From Macrostomum lignano (taxonomy: Eukaryota): a stretch of 48,982 nucleotides of DNA. Shown piece by piece: positions 23,892 through 35,700 of the stretch. The stretch covers positions 1 through 48,982 of the forward strand of contig NIVC01003834.1 in assembly GCA_002269645.1 (NCBI GenBank). Direction: 5' to 3'. The translations under genes were made by a program, and so were the position numbers. The notes under the pieces are model-generated. The model saw only the letters and a list, made by a program, of their open reading frames with translations. It was not told the origin of the DNA and made no database searches. Every line of letters begins with the position of its first letter. The first letter of the stretch is position 1.

Positions 23892-24510
23892 TCACGCCTT
23901 GCTGTTGGCGCTTATTGGTCTGGAGCTGAGCAGGTGCCTAATTGATATCTGAGCGCAATCCTTGCCCCATCGCAGATTGTTGGCTGCGCGATGCTGGCGG
24001 TAGTCGTGGTCGAATCTGACCACCCGGTGCACCGAGCTGCCGCGAGTGAGCATTTCGTCTGCCTGGCCAGATAGGTCGTCGACGAAGTTTTTGACAAGCA
24101 GACATGCCTGCCCTGGCCGCCGCTGCACGGCTGCCCCTGCTGGGTTGAAAATCTCATCAAGGAGGTTTTGCTGCTCACCCGATTCGCTGCAAGAAGTTAC
24201 ACCAGCTCGCTCGCTCAGCTCTCGCTCGCGCGTCTGGAGTTCTAAGAGCTGCAGCCGCTTTTGCGCTCGTCGAATCTCGCCGTCCAGGTCCGCCTCCACA
24301 GAGTCCCGGCCCCGAAGCTCGGCTCGCGCGTCGGATGCTGCAGGAGCTGCCATTCTTGGGCTTGCCACGTAATTTTGAGTCGCCGCTTGCTCGGTGTGCT
24401 GCCGCAGTCTGGCTTGCAGGGTTGATTTGTTACCTGCAGTTGGTAGCCCTAGATCACTCAGCTCACTCCTGAGCTGTCTGGCTGTTAGTTGGTCTATGCG
24501 ATGTATGATT
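23892..24510 (-). CDS. gag-like ORF1 remnant of element B with an N-terminal SAP-like domain
   Basis: IDQLTARQLRSELSDLGLPTAGNKSTLQARLRQH matches the SAP pattern (L..L.V.EL+..L...GL...G.K..L..RL) and is followed by a coiled-coil. Confidence 0.7.
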
Positions 24511-25019
24511 TCTTTAAAAAAATTGCGAGGGCAAACGCGCTGAACAGAACATCGCGCACGCACATAAAAGGCCAACCGACAAAAGGCCAACCGACAAAAG
24601 GCCAACCGCCCCAGCACCCCGCGCACCCCCACCCCCCACACGCCGGCACAAATAACAGCCCGCGCAAGCACGCACAAAGGCGACCGTCCTGTCAGCTAAA
24701 CGCGATTACAGCGCCAGTACCCCAGCACTGAAATCGCCAACCTACTATTCTACATTTACACAGCAATGAATGTGGATAGGGATCGTTTAGGTGCTCAAGA
24801 TTTCCGAATGAAGAAAAAGAAATAAGAATTTATTGATAAACAGAATAAATTAAACGTTATTTAATTACTTCTACTTGTCTCTCAGCTCTCTAAAGATGTT
24901 ATTTCATCCGGAAGTATACAAACGATTAGGTTTTGGCATTCATTCAACAATTTTTATAGCACATTCTTAGCAACTTGAGAAGTTAGCGCCGATCCGATTT
25001 TAATTTAATAATAGTCTCA

Positions 25020-25473
25020 GAATCTCAGTGCTCTGCACGAATTCACGAATGCTGGCTTCCAGAAACTTAACGAACACCTTTCGGCCGCCGCACTTATAGT
25101 ATTTTTTTTATTAGAGGCAGGGGGGTTGTGTGCACCCTGGCGCAATTTAAGCGTCATTGGCACACAACCGGCGAGAGGCATTACTGCCCATTCCGCCGAC
25201 TCCCCTGAGCAGGCATACAAGCGCGCGGATACGTTACGCAGGCACACACTCACACAGGAGTGTACAGCGGCTCTAACTTTATCAATTGTTAGGCATGTAC
25301 ACTTCACTGCGCCTTGGGGGGGGGGGGGGGGTTGGCTCTCAAGGCTGTTAATTGCACAAGCGAGCCAAGCCAAGATTCCAATCCAGCCCCAAATTAATGT
25401 GGCTGCACTTGGAATCGAGCCTGGGTCGCGGCACACCAGAGCAGCTGCGCTACCGCTGGGCTACGGCCCCCCC
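25020..25473 (-). mobile_element. tRNA-derived SINE (second family), 3' boundary uncertain
   Basis: Minus-strand head GGGGCCGTAGCCCAGCGGTAGCGCAGCTGCTCTGG..CCCAGGCTCGATTCCAAGTGCAGCCA has A- and B-box-like motifs but a poorly pairing acceptor stem, and continues into non-tRNA sequence. Confidence 0.6.
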
Positions 25474-25479
25474 TGCACT

Positions 25480-26897
25480 TATAGTATACAATCCAAGCGT
25501 TTCAGACCATCTGCAAGCATAGGTGCAAACCAAGTTTCAGAAACCATTTTCCTGTAGTTTTCCGAGCAGGCTGGTAGGGCTGCACGTGTGACCGTCCATT
25601 CGATCGACGCCGCCCATGCAGCGGTTGTAGGTCAAAGCTGAGCGGCACTTCTGCACTGCAGCCGCTGCTCCACCTCGGGTGATTCGTCAGACTGGAACTT
25701 TTGATGCTGCCTCCTTTTTGTTCAGCAAATACAACGTTTTTAGACCGCTTTCGTTTCTTTCAACAATCTTTGCGGCCAGTACGGCAACCCTTGCGCACGA
25801 AGCTGACATCATTGGGCGGCACATTTAACTGCCTGAGATCAATCGGAACGCACGTCAGCTTGTATGGTGCAAGTCAGATCAGTATCTCGATCCAGAAGGT
25901 ACTTAGCCAATCGATAGGTACCAAACCACTTGTCGACAAAAATGTGGTAGCCTTGGTCCAACAGATCTTGGCAAAGCTCGACAACAATTTTTTCGCTGAA
26001 TGACAGGTCTTCGCTGTGGATCTACATCAAATCCACGATTCTCCTCCGGAGTAGCATGAACTCGAAAGTTGAAAACAAGTAGCCTGTTTCAGACTCGCAA
26101 GCACAGTACAGCTTGATGCCGTACCTGGTGCGCTTAGTTGGAATGTATTGCTTGAAGCCTAGTCGTCCTTTATAAAGAACTAACGACTCGTCAATACTTA
26201 TTTCTTCCTCAGGTCTGTAGGTGTTCATGCAGGTGTCACGCAAAATTTTCAAAAATGAACGAATCTTGTACAACGGATCACGTCCAGATGTGGGATCCTC
26301 ACGGCAGTCACAAAAGCGAAGAAAGCCGAGCAATTGCTTGAAGCGGTCTCTTGAGAGTGCCTCAGGTGCTTGAAAATATGATGTCGAGTGGTAGCTGTCA
26401 GTAATCCAGTAGTCATTCATTTCAGTCTTCTTGTTGCTGCACATGTACATGCCAACCAACTTCTTGACTTCATTTGCGTTGCATTCGTTCCACTGTGACA
26501 AACTCGAAGGCAGGTCATCAGCATCCAATGAATTAATTGCTGCCCAGGCTCTACGGTTAGTCCACTTAGCTAGGTCTTCAAACAACGAATCAGACAGGAA
26601 TAAACCTAGGAAGAATGAAGTTGTGTTCTCAACATCGGCAGGCACTATTTTTCCAGGATTCAGGCCAGGTGTTCCGAAAAACTCGATGTCTGTCACCGAT
26701 GCGTCGTTCCCAACGATAGCAGGCCGCCATGACAACACATCAGCTACGTCCTCATCAGCATTGTCCAGAACATCTGACTCACTAGAAGAATCATCTGATA
26801 AAAGGTACTCCTCGTCGTCCGATGTCATGAGTTCAGGCACTTTGTCCGCTTGGGCCATTTCAAGCTCTTTGAGAACTGGTTTTAGTTTTTGACACAA
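25480..26897 (-). mobile_element. piggyBac-like transposase pseudogene
   Basis: SRDRFKQLLGFLRF, DPLYKIR, ISIDESLVLYKGRLGFKQYIPTKRTRYGIKLY (ORF 26022-26897). Continues in shifted frames as QGYHIFVDKWF (~25950) and YNRCMGGVDRMD (~25600-25635), i.e. all three catalytic-Asp regions, with frameshifts and deletions. Confidence 0.9.
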
Positions 26898-27057
26898 ACC
26901 AGACTGAGACGGATGAAGTATAGCTCGTAGGGAACAAAAACTTAAGGAGTCTAAGAACCACTGTAGTATAAAGCGCGACTGTATAAGCTGTTAAAAAAAG
27001 CTAGACGAGTGAGGAGACAGATCAGCTTCTCTGTTTGAACTGACTGGAGTTACGAAA

Positions 27058-27858
27058 AAGCCATGGAGGAAAGAATAGAATGGAGTGCTAATCTGAGCCA
27101 GTTATTTTTATCTCGCTCGATTTTCGCTTTTAACATCCCTTTCCCCCCGTTCCTTCCTATTGGCTGAAAGCATATTTTGATGCGAGCTCATATTGCTTTT
27201 GTCAGCCTAACTGAGAATAAAGCCACCCAAAATGAGAATCCTGCCTACGCTGACTGCGAAGGGCCTGGCTGCGTGCAGCCTTAGTCTATGGGCCATAGAC
27301 AATAAAGGACAAGCAAAGTGATAAAAAGCCATCCAATGTGAGAATCGATTGGTCTATGTGTCGTATTTTTTTATTTTTATACCTTCTGAGCCATATGACT
27401 AGCCAATAGCTTGAACGGAATAACGGAAACAGGAACACACTTTGCTTGTCCTTTATAGTCTATGGCTCATAGACTAGGCTGGACGCAGCTAAGCCCTTCG
27501 TATTCAGCGTAGGCAGGATTCTCACATTGGATGGCTTTTTATCACTTTGCTTATCCATTATAGTCTATGGCCCATAGACTAAGGCTGCACGCAGCCAGGC
27601 CCTTCGCAGTCAGCGTAGGCAGAATTCTCACTTTGGATGGCTTTATTCTCAGTTAGGCTGACAAAACCTATACTATGCTGGGACAGACCTTTCAGAGGGG
27701 AACGAAAACGAAAACGAGACGAAAAATACTTTGTCTATGGCAGTCACGAGCCAATAGGAAAGAACGGGGGGGGGGGAAGGGATGTTAAAAGTTAAGATCG
27801 AGCGAGATAAAAATAACTGGCTCAGATTAGCACTCCATTCTATTCTTTCCTCCATGGA
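27058..27858. mobile_element. ~800-bp modular foldback element with GTCTATGG-N-CCATAGAC dyads
   Basis: Outer arms CCATGGAGGAAAGAATAGAATGGAGTGCTAATCTGAGCCAGTTATTTTTATCTCGCTCGAT (~27061) and its reverse complement (~27795-27856). Inner arms 27195-27330 versus 27510-27666. Dyads at 27284-27300, 27458-27474 and 27563-27579. Confidence 0.9.
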
Positions 27859-28647
27859 AAAAGCACGCTTCTTATACTATTCGTGTTGCCCATCCCTTTT
27901 GTACAGGGACCAGTGTGCTTTCAGTCTAGAAACAGGCTACTAGATGTACGTTTTGTCTCTTTTTCTACCCTAGTCGGCTGAATCTGTAGATAAGCATTGC
28001 TTACCAAGCCGATCGGAACGGAGAGAAAAAATACCTATGGCTCAGTCAGACGCCAAATGGTCTATGGTAAGCTCTGTTTACTATCAGACTAAAACGGAGA
28101 TGATAAAAATTTAGGCCTAGTCCTGAAGAGTTTTTATGTTTATTGCTGATCGCTTGTTTAACTCGAAATAAATCGTTTTATTGTCCCACGTCTATGGGGC
28201 TTTTTTGTTCGGAATTAATAAAACAATATGTAAAACTCCGACAGGTGGAAAAGTGAAAAACAGGGAATTTTCTCAGGTAGAAACGATGCAGTTACTTTCA
28301 TTCACTAAATAATGTCAAGTAAATAATATAGATGCGTTGAGTTGAAGCGTAGTACATCCATGTGTTAAGCCATTCGGTCAATTCGGGACGGGTGCCATGA
28401 AAAAAACAGTAAAAAGCGAAATATTGATTTAAAAAAGCAAACAGTATTACCGTTTACAAGGAATATTTGACACACTTGTTGCGCGGGAAAAATGTTCTGA
28501 ACACTGGCATTATTGTTAACTAAATTTATGGATTGTAATAATAAGAGCTACGAGTACTCGTTCGACATTCCAAAGCTTTTCTTTGAATTCGCATTGTGCA
28601 CTTTGGCACTTGCATCACCTTGCATCACCTCAGCTTTGGCCCTTAAG

Positions 28648-30492
28648 TCATTTACCTCTTCGTTTGAAAGTTCGAACCCGGGGCCAGAAGCGGGCTGTGA
28701 TGTTAAACGGCTTCTTGCGCACCGCGGCGAATGAGCCGTAGCCAAGATGAAGGAATCTGTGAACGCAGATTGTGGAATTGTCCGAGTCATCGTAGCGCCA
28801 GTTCTTCGACTCAAGCATGATGCAGCCGCGCTCTTTCCAGCTGCGCCGCGAGTCCGGCTTCGATTTAGCTGCAGCTGGAAAACAGGGGCATAAAATTGGA
28901 TTAAACAGGGGATTAGAACTATGCAATCGATTCTAATTTAGTAGTACCAGCTAGTAAATTCTCCCTCCTGCCAAGCACTGTACTGCGTTTTAAGTACTCG
29001 TATCTTGAGAAGAGACCCGCGCAGCCCAGCCCGGGCGACGGCGCTCAGTAGGAAAATGATAATGCGAGAGATAGCGACTACTGCCTGCGTTAGATCCTGC
29101 TTTTCTCTCCCCAGCCGTCCCGCTGCCCATCGATTGTTTTGCAGAGAAGTACTCTACCAGATGAAGCATTATTCGCACTGCTGCTGGGTCCTCATTCCTC
29201 GCTGAATGCCAAATCATAACTGACGAAAAGTCTGTCTGTTAGCGAGCTTTGAAACTTCAGAGCTACACTTGTAAAACTGAGCATAGGCTCGATGGTTAAC
29301 TGTTCTCCTTGCAACATTTTCAAGCCGAAAATCGTCGGTAAAAAAACTGTACTCGTTCCCTCCCCCCCCCCCTAGATCACAATCGAGCACTGCTCGTCGC
29401 TGCTGACACTTGAAGGCTTCAAAATGAAAGCTTCGGCAATGCAAGAAGGAGATATTGAAACAAGTATACCTTTAGAGGCTAATTCGCGACCGATCAATCC
29501 ATCCTCAGTACCGATATTGTTGTTATTGAGCATTGCAGCGATAAGATTCAGTCAGAAGAGAGCCAAAATTCACAAAAAGCCCAAACGCTGGACACTCTAA
29601 ATTAAGTCACAGTGAAAGTAAGTGATCTTAATTTAAACATGTGGTGCTCAATGCTAATTTTCAGTCTAATGCCAACTTTAGAAGGAAAGTACAGCACATG
29701 CTTGTGCGGCATTAAATATCCTATTGCGTGACGCGAACACCAATAAAAAGCGTTATAGAACATGTATATTCTAGCGTTCAGTGAGAATGAAGCTCTCGCC
29801 TCCTTTTCCGCTCCTGCTGCTCCTCTACTCCTACTCCGCCCTCTTCCATCGCTCCTTCGCTCCTTCGCTAGTCCAAACTAGCATGCTCAGACGAATATCC
29901 AGAGTTATCATCAAACCCTACCTAGACTCAAAAGACTGACACGGAAACCTCTTCCTTTGAATCGAGCCCAAGACTCCAGTATCCCGATCCAACGAAGAGA
30001 CCATCTGGAGACATCAAGATTAGTAGCCCCTCTTCATTTCTCTGAATTGCTTAAAACAATTGCGTGTTGATTTTCCATCTCAAACTACAATCATCAGGAA
30101 TTGCAGTTAGAAATAAACATCCGTGTTGAGGGTTAAGATCGAGAGAAACATATCGAAACTTCGGCTTATTTAATTGGATTAGAAGCATAGACAATTGGAA
30201 ACAACGTCACAATATGAGAGACGAAAAAATATTCATAGAAAACTAAAACATTTGAGCAGCAGTCCGAGTTTTGAGAGCTCTGCGAAAATTTTTGTCACCA
30301 GTAATTTCCCCAGCCTAGAACTCGATGCATAATTAATTAAAACAGGTCTCACCTAATGAGTCGCACATGCTGCGCCAGTTCTTGTTGCCATCCATGAGGG
30401 GCGACATCACCTTCGGCTCCAGCATAGTGACCGGCACCGCGGGCTTGGCAGCCGTGTATCGCTTGTACACCTGGGTGAGGATGGTCGGGCCC
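28648..30492 (-). pseudogene. GT32 paralogue 3, 5'-truncated pseudogene
   Basis: Last exon 28874-28648 (..VHRFLHLGY..RVRTFKRRGK*) and the 3' part of the middle exon 30492-30353 (GPTILTQVYKRY..MDGNKNWRSMCDSLG|gt). Homology to paralogue 4 stops abruptly at ~30492; the DxD and N-terminal exons are missing. Confidence 0.85.
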
Positions 30493-31074
30493 GGGACATT
30501 TGTCTCGGGACATTTGTAACATTTGCTGCTCCAGAGCTGCACTGGGGGTAGGCAAGTTTTTAGTCGCGCGTCTACTAAAAGTTGAGAGTAAGTCTCGCGT
30601 CTTCAATAAAAAAGAAGCATTATGCAGGAAAAATCTATTTCATAGATATGCCTTACTGACGACCCAGCTGTCCTTATTGGGCTCACGGAATGTGTGCTCA
30701 AGCAGGGGCCAAGTGCTGACTGAGCTCACTCTAGTGTGGCAGAATAGAAAGAGCTTCGTCCTGACCTGTGGCAAGCCCTATTGCAGCATTCGAATGCGAG
30801 CAGTTCAACACTTGAAAGTAAAGAAGTTCGTAGGTCCTAAAAGATTTCAGAAAGCCGCAGACTTACAGGTTGGAAATGAATTCGAGGTGCCAATCTGAGT
30901 AGAGGTGCTAGGATTTTTCCAAGACCGATTGAAAGACCTGAGAGCTAGAGCGTAGACTTGAGGAATGCTGCTGTGTATGTAGCTCTGTCAACTCCCTTCA
31001 CGACACATTGGACAGAGGAGCCGGCCACGCGCACATCGCCCCTCCACCCGTTCTCCAGAGATGTTCACCTGACC

Positions 31075-31445
31075 GTCAGTCAGTCAGTCAGTCAGTCAGT
31101 CAGTCAGTCAGTCAGTCAGTCAGTCAGTCAGTCAGTCAGTCAGTCAGTCAGTCAGTCAGTCAGTCAGTCAGTCAGTCAGTCAGTCAGTCAGTCAGTCAGT
31201 CAGTCAGTCAGTCAGTCAGTCAGTCAGTCAGTCAGTCAGTCAGTCAGTCAGTCAGTCAGTCAGTCAGTCACCCACTCACTCAAGTCAGTCAGTCAGTCAG
31301 TCAGTCAGTCAGTCAGTCAGTCAGTCAGTCAGTCAGTCAGTCAGTCAGTCAGTCAGTCAGTCAGTCAGTCAGTCAGTCAGTCAGTCAGTCAGTCAGTCAG
31401 TCAGTCAGTCAGTCAGTCAATCAGTCAGTCAGTCAGTTAGTCAAT
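31075..31445. repeat. (CAGT)n microsatellite, ~90 units with one interruption near 31270
   Basis: Directly visible. Confidence 0.98.
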
Positions 31446-31449
31446 CAGT

Positions 31450-34400
31450 CAATCTGCCCAGCTATCTTCAGCAGGTAAAGGCCGGTGGGAGGTCTGCACT
31501 CCTATTTGCCTCGGGCAGACGCAGACCCCCACCCACGCTGTTTCGTAAGTCGACCAAGGTGTTGCTCGTCCCCGCGAGTGTTCGAGGCTGACCCTAGGGC
31601 TGCTGGACAGACTGGGCTCCGACGCTGGCAACTCATCCAGTGGCTTCGGCCGAACTTGGGTATGCTGGTCAGGCTCGCCAGCCCGCAGGCCGTTGTACTG
31701 ATAACGTACCCTCCAATGCATAAAGTGTTGACCGTGCTGATGGGCTGGAAGGCCGGGGAGTAGTCCGGTCACTAGCGGTCCCTTTTTTAACCAGCTGTCT
31801 TGGGGGTGTCGGCCAGTCGGGTACTTAAATCGCGTAACGAGTAGCCCTCCACCGCTTTTCAGCTATGGCCACTAACGCCAGTGACGAAACTGACCCAGTC
31901 GCCACTGGCCCACCGCGATCAGCCGCTCCGGCAGCTAAAACTGGTAGCTCCAACCCGGAACAACCTGGTCCAACCGGACCAGCCAACGCTGCCGCCGATC
32001 GCCCTGGCAGTCAGTCCAACCGGCCGCGCCACAGCCAAAGCTCGGCGCCAGCGCAACATCCGTCGCAACCTCAAACGGCTGCTGCTGCATCCGTGGAGGG
32101 CGGGCAAGCCGCGGTGAGGCCTTCGGAAGCCACCGCGGCGGGGAAGGCCTCTGGGGAGTCTGGTGGCGAGCTGGACCGTCAGGAACCACCGTTTCCTCGG
32201 TCAGCCCTGCCAGCCTACCGCCTTCCAACCAAAAAGCGGCCCCGCGCACGATCTTGGAGACCTACGCCTCTAAGGTCAAGCAGCCGCTTCAACCTGCCGT
32301 AATGTTTCTCGGCGGGGACAGTGACCTTACACTCGAGCAGCTCGGTGTCGCGTGGTGTAAGATCGATGAGGGCCTGCTAAACCTGACCCTGAAGGGGGTT
32401 TTCGTGGACATCGCCAAGTCCACCAAGACAAACGGGTTGTTGGGCCTTGTGCAAACTCTTTGCTCTCGACTTGCACTGACCAACACGGGTGCATCCTCCT
32501 GTGGTGCAAATCCGAGGAGAGCACCCAACTCCTGCAAGAAGAGCTGCCCAAGTTCGACTGGCACAGCAACCTGGGTTGCTTGAGCGGCCGAAGACCATCT
32601 GCCATCGGATTTGGATTACGGCCGCCAGCGCGGATCAAGTCCGGGGAGCAGCTGCGGCAGCTTCTGCTCAAGCAGCACCCGGATCTCGACGCCAGTGGTC
32701 TCATGCACCACAACATGGCCTGCATGTACCACAACCGGGGCCACCGTTATCCTCGGACTGACGAAGGGCATGACCAAGCGGCCATCGTAACGCTCGACCC
32801 TCCACCTTAGTCTCCATCAACTGACCATCCTCCACTATGAGGAGGGCAAGACGGAGGCCAAGAACGACGGGAAGCGCACCGCACCCGAAGCTGGGGCTCA
32901 GGCTCCGCCGACCAAGCGACAGCAGCAACCCAATCCAGAGCCTAACAATGCTATTCGCGCTGCTGAGTCTGCCTCGCGCGGACGTAGACCCGGCCGCAGT
33001 AGTCGGCGGTCCGGGCTAATTCAGCGCGCGCACACTTGATGAAGCTCAGTCTTTAAGACTTCACCTCGAGCAGACTCGTGCTGCTCGTCAAACTGCTAAC
33101 CAAAGCCTGCCGAAGGAACTGGAGGACGGCAGTCATCCAACTGGTGGGATTGCTACCAGGAGGATGCTGCCGGCCGAGTCCAGACTCCTGACGGCGGGGC
33201 GCAAGGTGAGTTCAGCAGCCAGTCGCTAAGTGTTTCACCTGCCGCGGGCGCCGCGTCCACCTCTGCGGCTGGGGAGGCGGCTGAGCCTGAGCCAATGGAC
33301 ATAGCCTCATCGATTAGTGCTGAGTTGTCTAAGGATACGTCTTTTTCTTCCCCTGGACAGTAGATATGACTGTCTCCTAGGGCAGTCACTGCTTGCAGGT
33401 CAACCTGCAGCACAGCATTGCTGCTTCCCTCAATCTTCTGAATCACATTGACCAAAACACCAGGGATCATCCTAATCCAGGAAACCTTGACGCTCAGAGG
33501 TTGCCCCAAATATGTCTTCTCGGCTGCCAGTGTTTAACCGCTGACAGCCGTGAGGGAAACCTGGAACCAAGATCCTGTATCATGTTGTCCCGCTCTTTTA
33601 AGGCATGGTTCAGATCGGACCTGTCCACCAAAGACATCTGTTTCATCCAATCTGAAGACATACTCCCTGGGAGGACTAACCCTCCCTTATCGCCTCGGTT
33701 TACCTACCGGGCGACGGTGAGATGATCCGAGAAGAGCTTGTCACACTGGTTGAGCTTTGCTCCATCAGGAACTGCGAGCTGCTTGTGGCGGGTGACATCA
33801 ACGTCCACCACACCCACTGGGGCAGTTCTGACATCAACCAGAGAGGCGAAGCCTTCCTGGCCTATATTACGAGGTACCACTACAACCCTTGAGTTCTGCA
33901 ACTCGGGTAATACCCCTACATCCTAAAACGGCCGCCGATTAGAGGTGTTGGATGACACCCTTGCCACATCAGGCTTTCCCAGAGCATTAAGAAGTGGCGA
34001 GTGTTTCCTGAAGCGTCCCACTCCGACCACAAGTTCATTTTTTTTTCAAACTGGCTGGCGCCCGAAACGCTAGCCATCTCTACTGGAAACGGAATGCTAG
34101 AAGTACCGACTGGACGACCTTCAGCCTTGTCTTGGAGGAGACCTTTCGTAGCCGTAGCATTCCAGTCTCCATCAGCACGTGCGAGGATCAGATGACTTTG
34201 CGACTCACGGACTCGCTCACTGCTGCCTACGAAGCCTACTAAAGCGCTAAATACATAAAAAGGCAAACAGTCGGCAACATGGTGGAACCCGCAGCTTGGC
34301 GACCTCCGACGCAGAGCCAAAAAGCTTAACCCCAGGGTCCAGAAAACTAAAAACCTACCTTAATTCAATCCATGAGTTCAAAAGGCAGGTCAGAAACGCC

Positions 34401-35700
34401 AAAACAAACAAGTAGCGCGAATACTGTGAGGAACTCGAGGGCTCCCGTCTCACTTCCAGGATCGTTAATGCCCTTACGCTGGACAAAATTTCCAAACACT
34501 TCTCAGTCAAAAGAGCCGACGGCTCACTCACTGAGAATCCTGGAGAAACACTGGAGACGATGCTTACAGCATTTTTCCGGAACTAGCCAGCCAGGCCCGA
34601 TCCCCTGATCACTCAGCTGGCTAATTTAATATCATCACAGAGGAACGCATTACTATTAGGCGGCCTCCTCCTTCTAACCTTTTAAATCCACAGAACCGGA
34701 TGGCATTGAGCCAGCCTTCCTGCGGAACCTTTGCCGGCTCCTGAAAGCCTGCGTGGTAGCTCGTACTCAACAAAAACAACAACAACAGAGTACGCTGTCA
34801 GGTGGAAAAAAGAAGCGTCACAGGGCACGCTTCAGAGCCTGGGCGCGAACAAGGCCGCACCGCCGGCAGAGTCCGGGGCGCCAGCGTCGGCCAGCAGGCA
34901 GTCGACGAAACGCCGAGTTCGAGCCTGGCCGCGCCGGTAGGGTGCCTGCAGCGTTAGACTTTCATCAGACTCGGCGCGGATGATGTGGCCTGCCAGCTGG
35001 TGTGGTACTCAGCTTTGTTCTAAAATCCTTGACTTAGGCTGGGGTGGTTTTTATCCGCAAGCCCGGTCGACCAGGAAGGCAGGTCCACGGAGAGCATGCT
35101 AAATGCTACATGTCTTGCTCGACTTGTTGGAGAAAGTCATTCTGGGCAACGGTTACCCTCTTGCTGTCTTCCTTCACATTGTTAGAGCCTTCGATAATGT
35201 TTTCTTCGAGGCATTCGACAGAGCTCTACGTGCTAGAGGAACCCACTCACACCTTATTCGGGGGATCATGCATATGATCAGCCACCGTACTGCCACTGCG
35301 CCCCTGCTGGGCCACCAACGGACAGTAACCGTCTGTAAAGGCAACCCCCAAGGCGGTGTTCGCTCTCCATTTCCCTGGAACATGGTCATGGATAGAGATA
35401 GAGAGTGGAAATTCCATCCTGCAAGCGAATTCAATGTCTCGGCGTTACGCTGGACCACAGGCTGAGCTGCTCTACCCATGTTCATGCCAAAACCAAAAAA
35501 GCCCTCGCGATTCTTGCACAGCTGAGCAGCTCTCCACCTCGGCGGCTTTGTTGGATCTACACCGCAATGGTCCGGCCGGCTGATACCTACGTCGGCCTAG
35601 TCTGGGCCAGCGTTATCTGCGCTCTCACAATTAACTTCCGAGGCGTCCGACCGACGGAGCAAACTCTGCCCCTTTTGCAACCTCGAGAATGAAGACTTCG
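31450..35700 (+). mobile_element. Degenerate non-LTR retrotransposon (APE plus RT; R1/LOA-like), with ORF1 remnants
   Basis: AP endonuclease motifs LQVNLQHS (~33390), LVAGDINVHHTHWGSSDINQRG (~33780) and SDHK (~34020). RT motifs LAVFLHIVRAFDNV and CKGNPQGGVRSPFPWNMVMD (35103-35400). Many stops and deletions; boundaries approximate; clade call is by eye. Confidence 0.8.
34768..35005 (-). mobile_element. 3'-end fragment of an RTE-like LINE nested in the larger LINE
   Basis: CAACAAAAACAACAACAAC tail followed by sequence homologous to 45760-45990 (CTGTCAGG..AGCGTCACAGGGC..TGGGCGCGAACAA..GCCGGTAGGGTGCCTGCAGCGT). Confidence 0.8.

Larger units (their letters stand above)
20540..24741 (-). mobile_element. 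Near-full-length Ngaro/PAT-type YR retrotransposon B with split direct repeats (A1-ORFs-B1-A2-B2); defective
   Basis: A1 ~24518-24741 equals A2 ~20723-20947, and B1 20948-21016 equals B2 20540-20608 (69 bp). Internal gag, RT, RNase H and YR domains. Stop at 22808-22810, frameshift ~22660, and RT YxDD degraded to FIDY. Confidence 0.92.

Noticed and set aside
25398-25473. tRNA gene
   Set aside because: A/B boxes are present but the stems pair poorly and the sequence continues into a SINE-like body. The heads at 644 and 9969 were rejected for the same reason.
30958-31478. ORFs with (SQSV)n repeats
   Set aside because: Translation artefacts of the (CAGT)n microsatellite.
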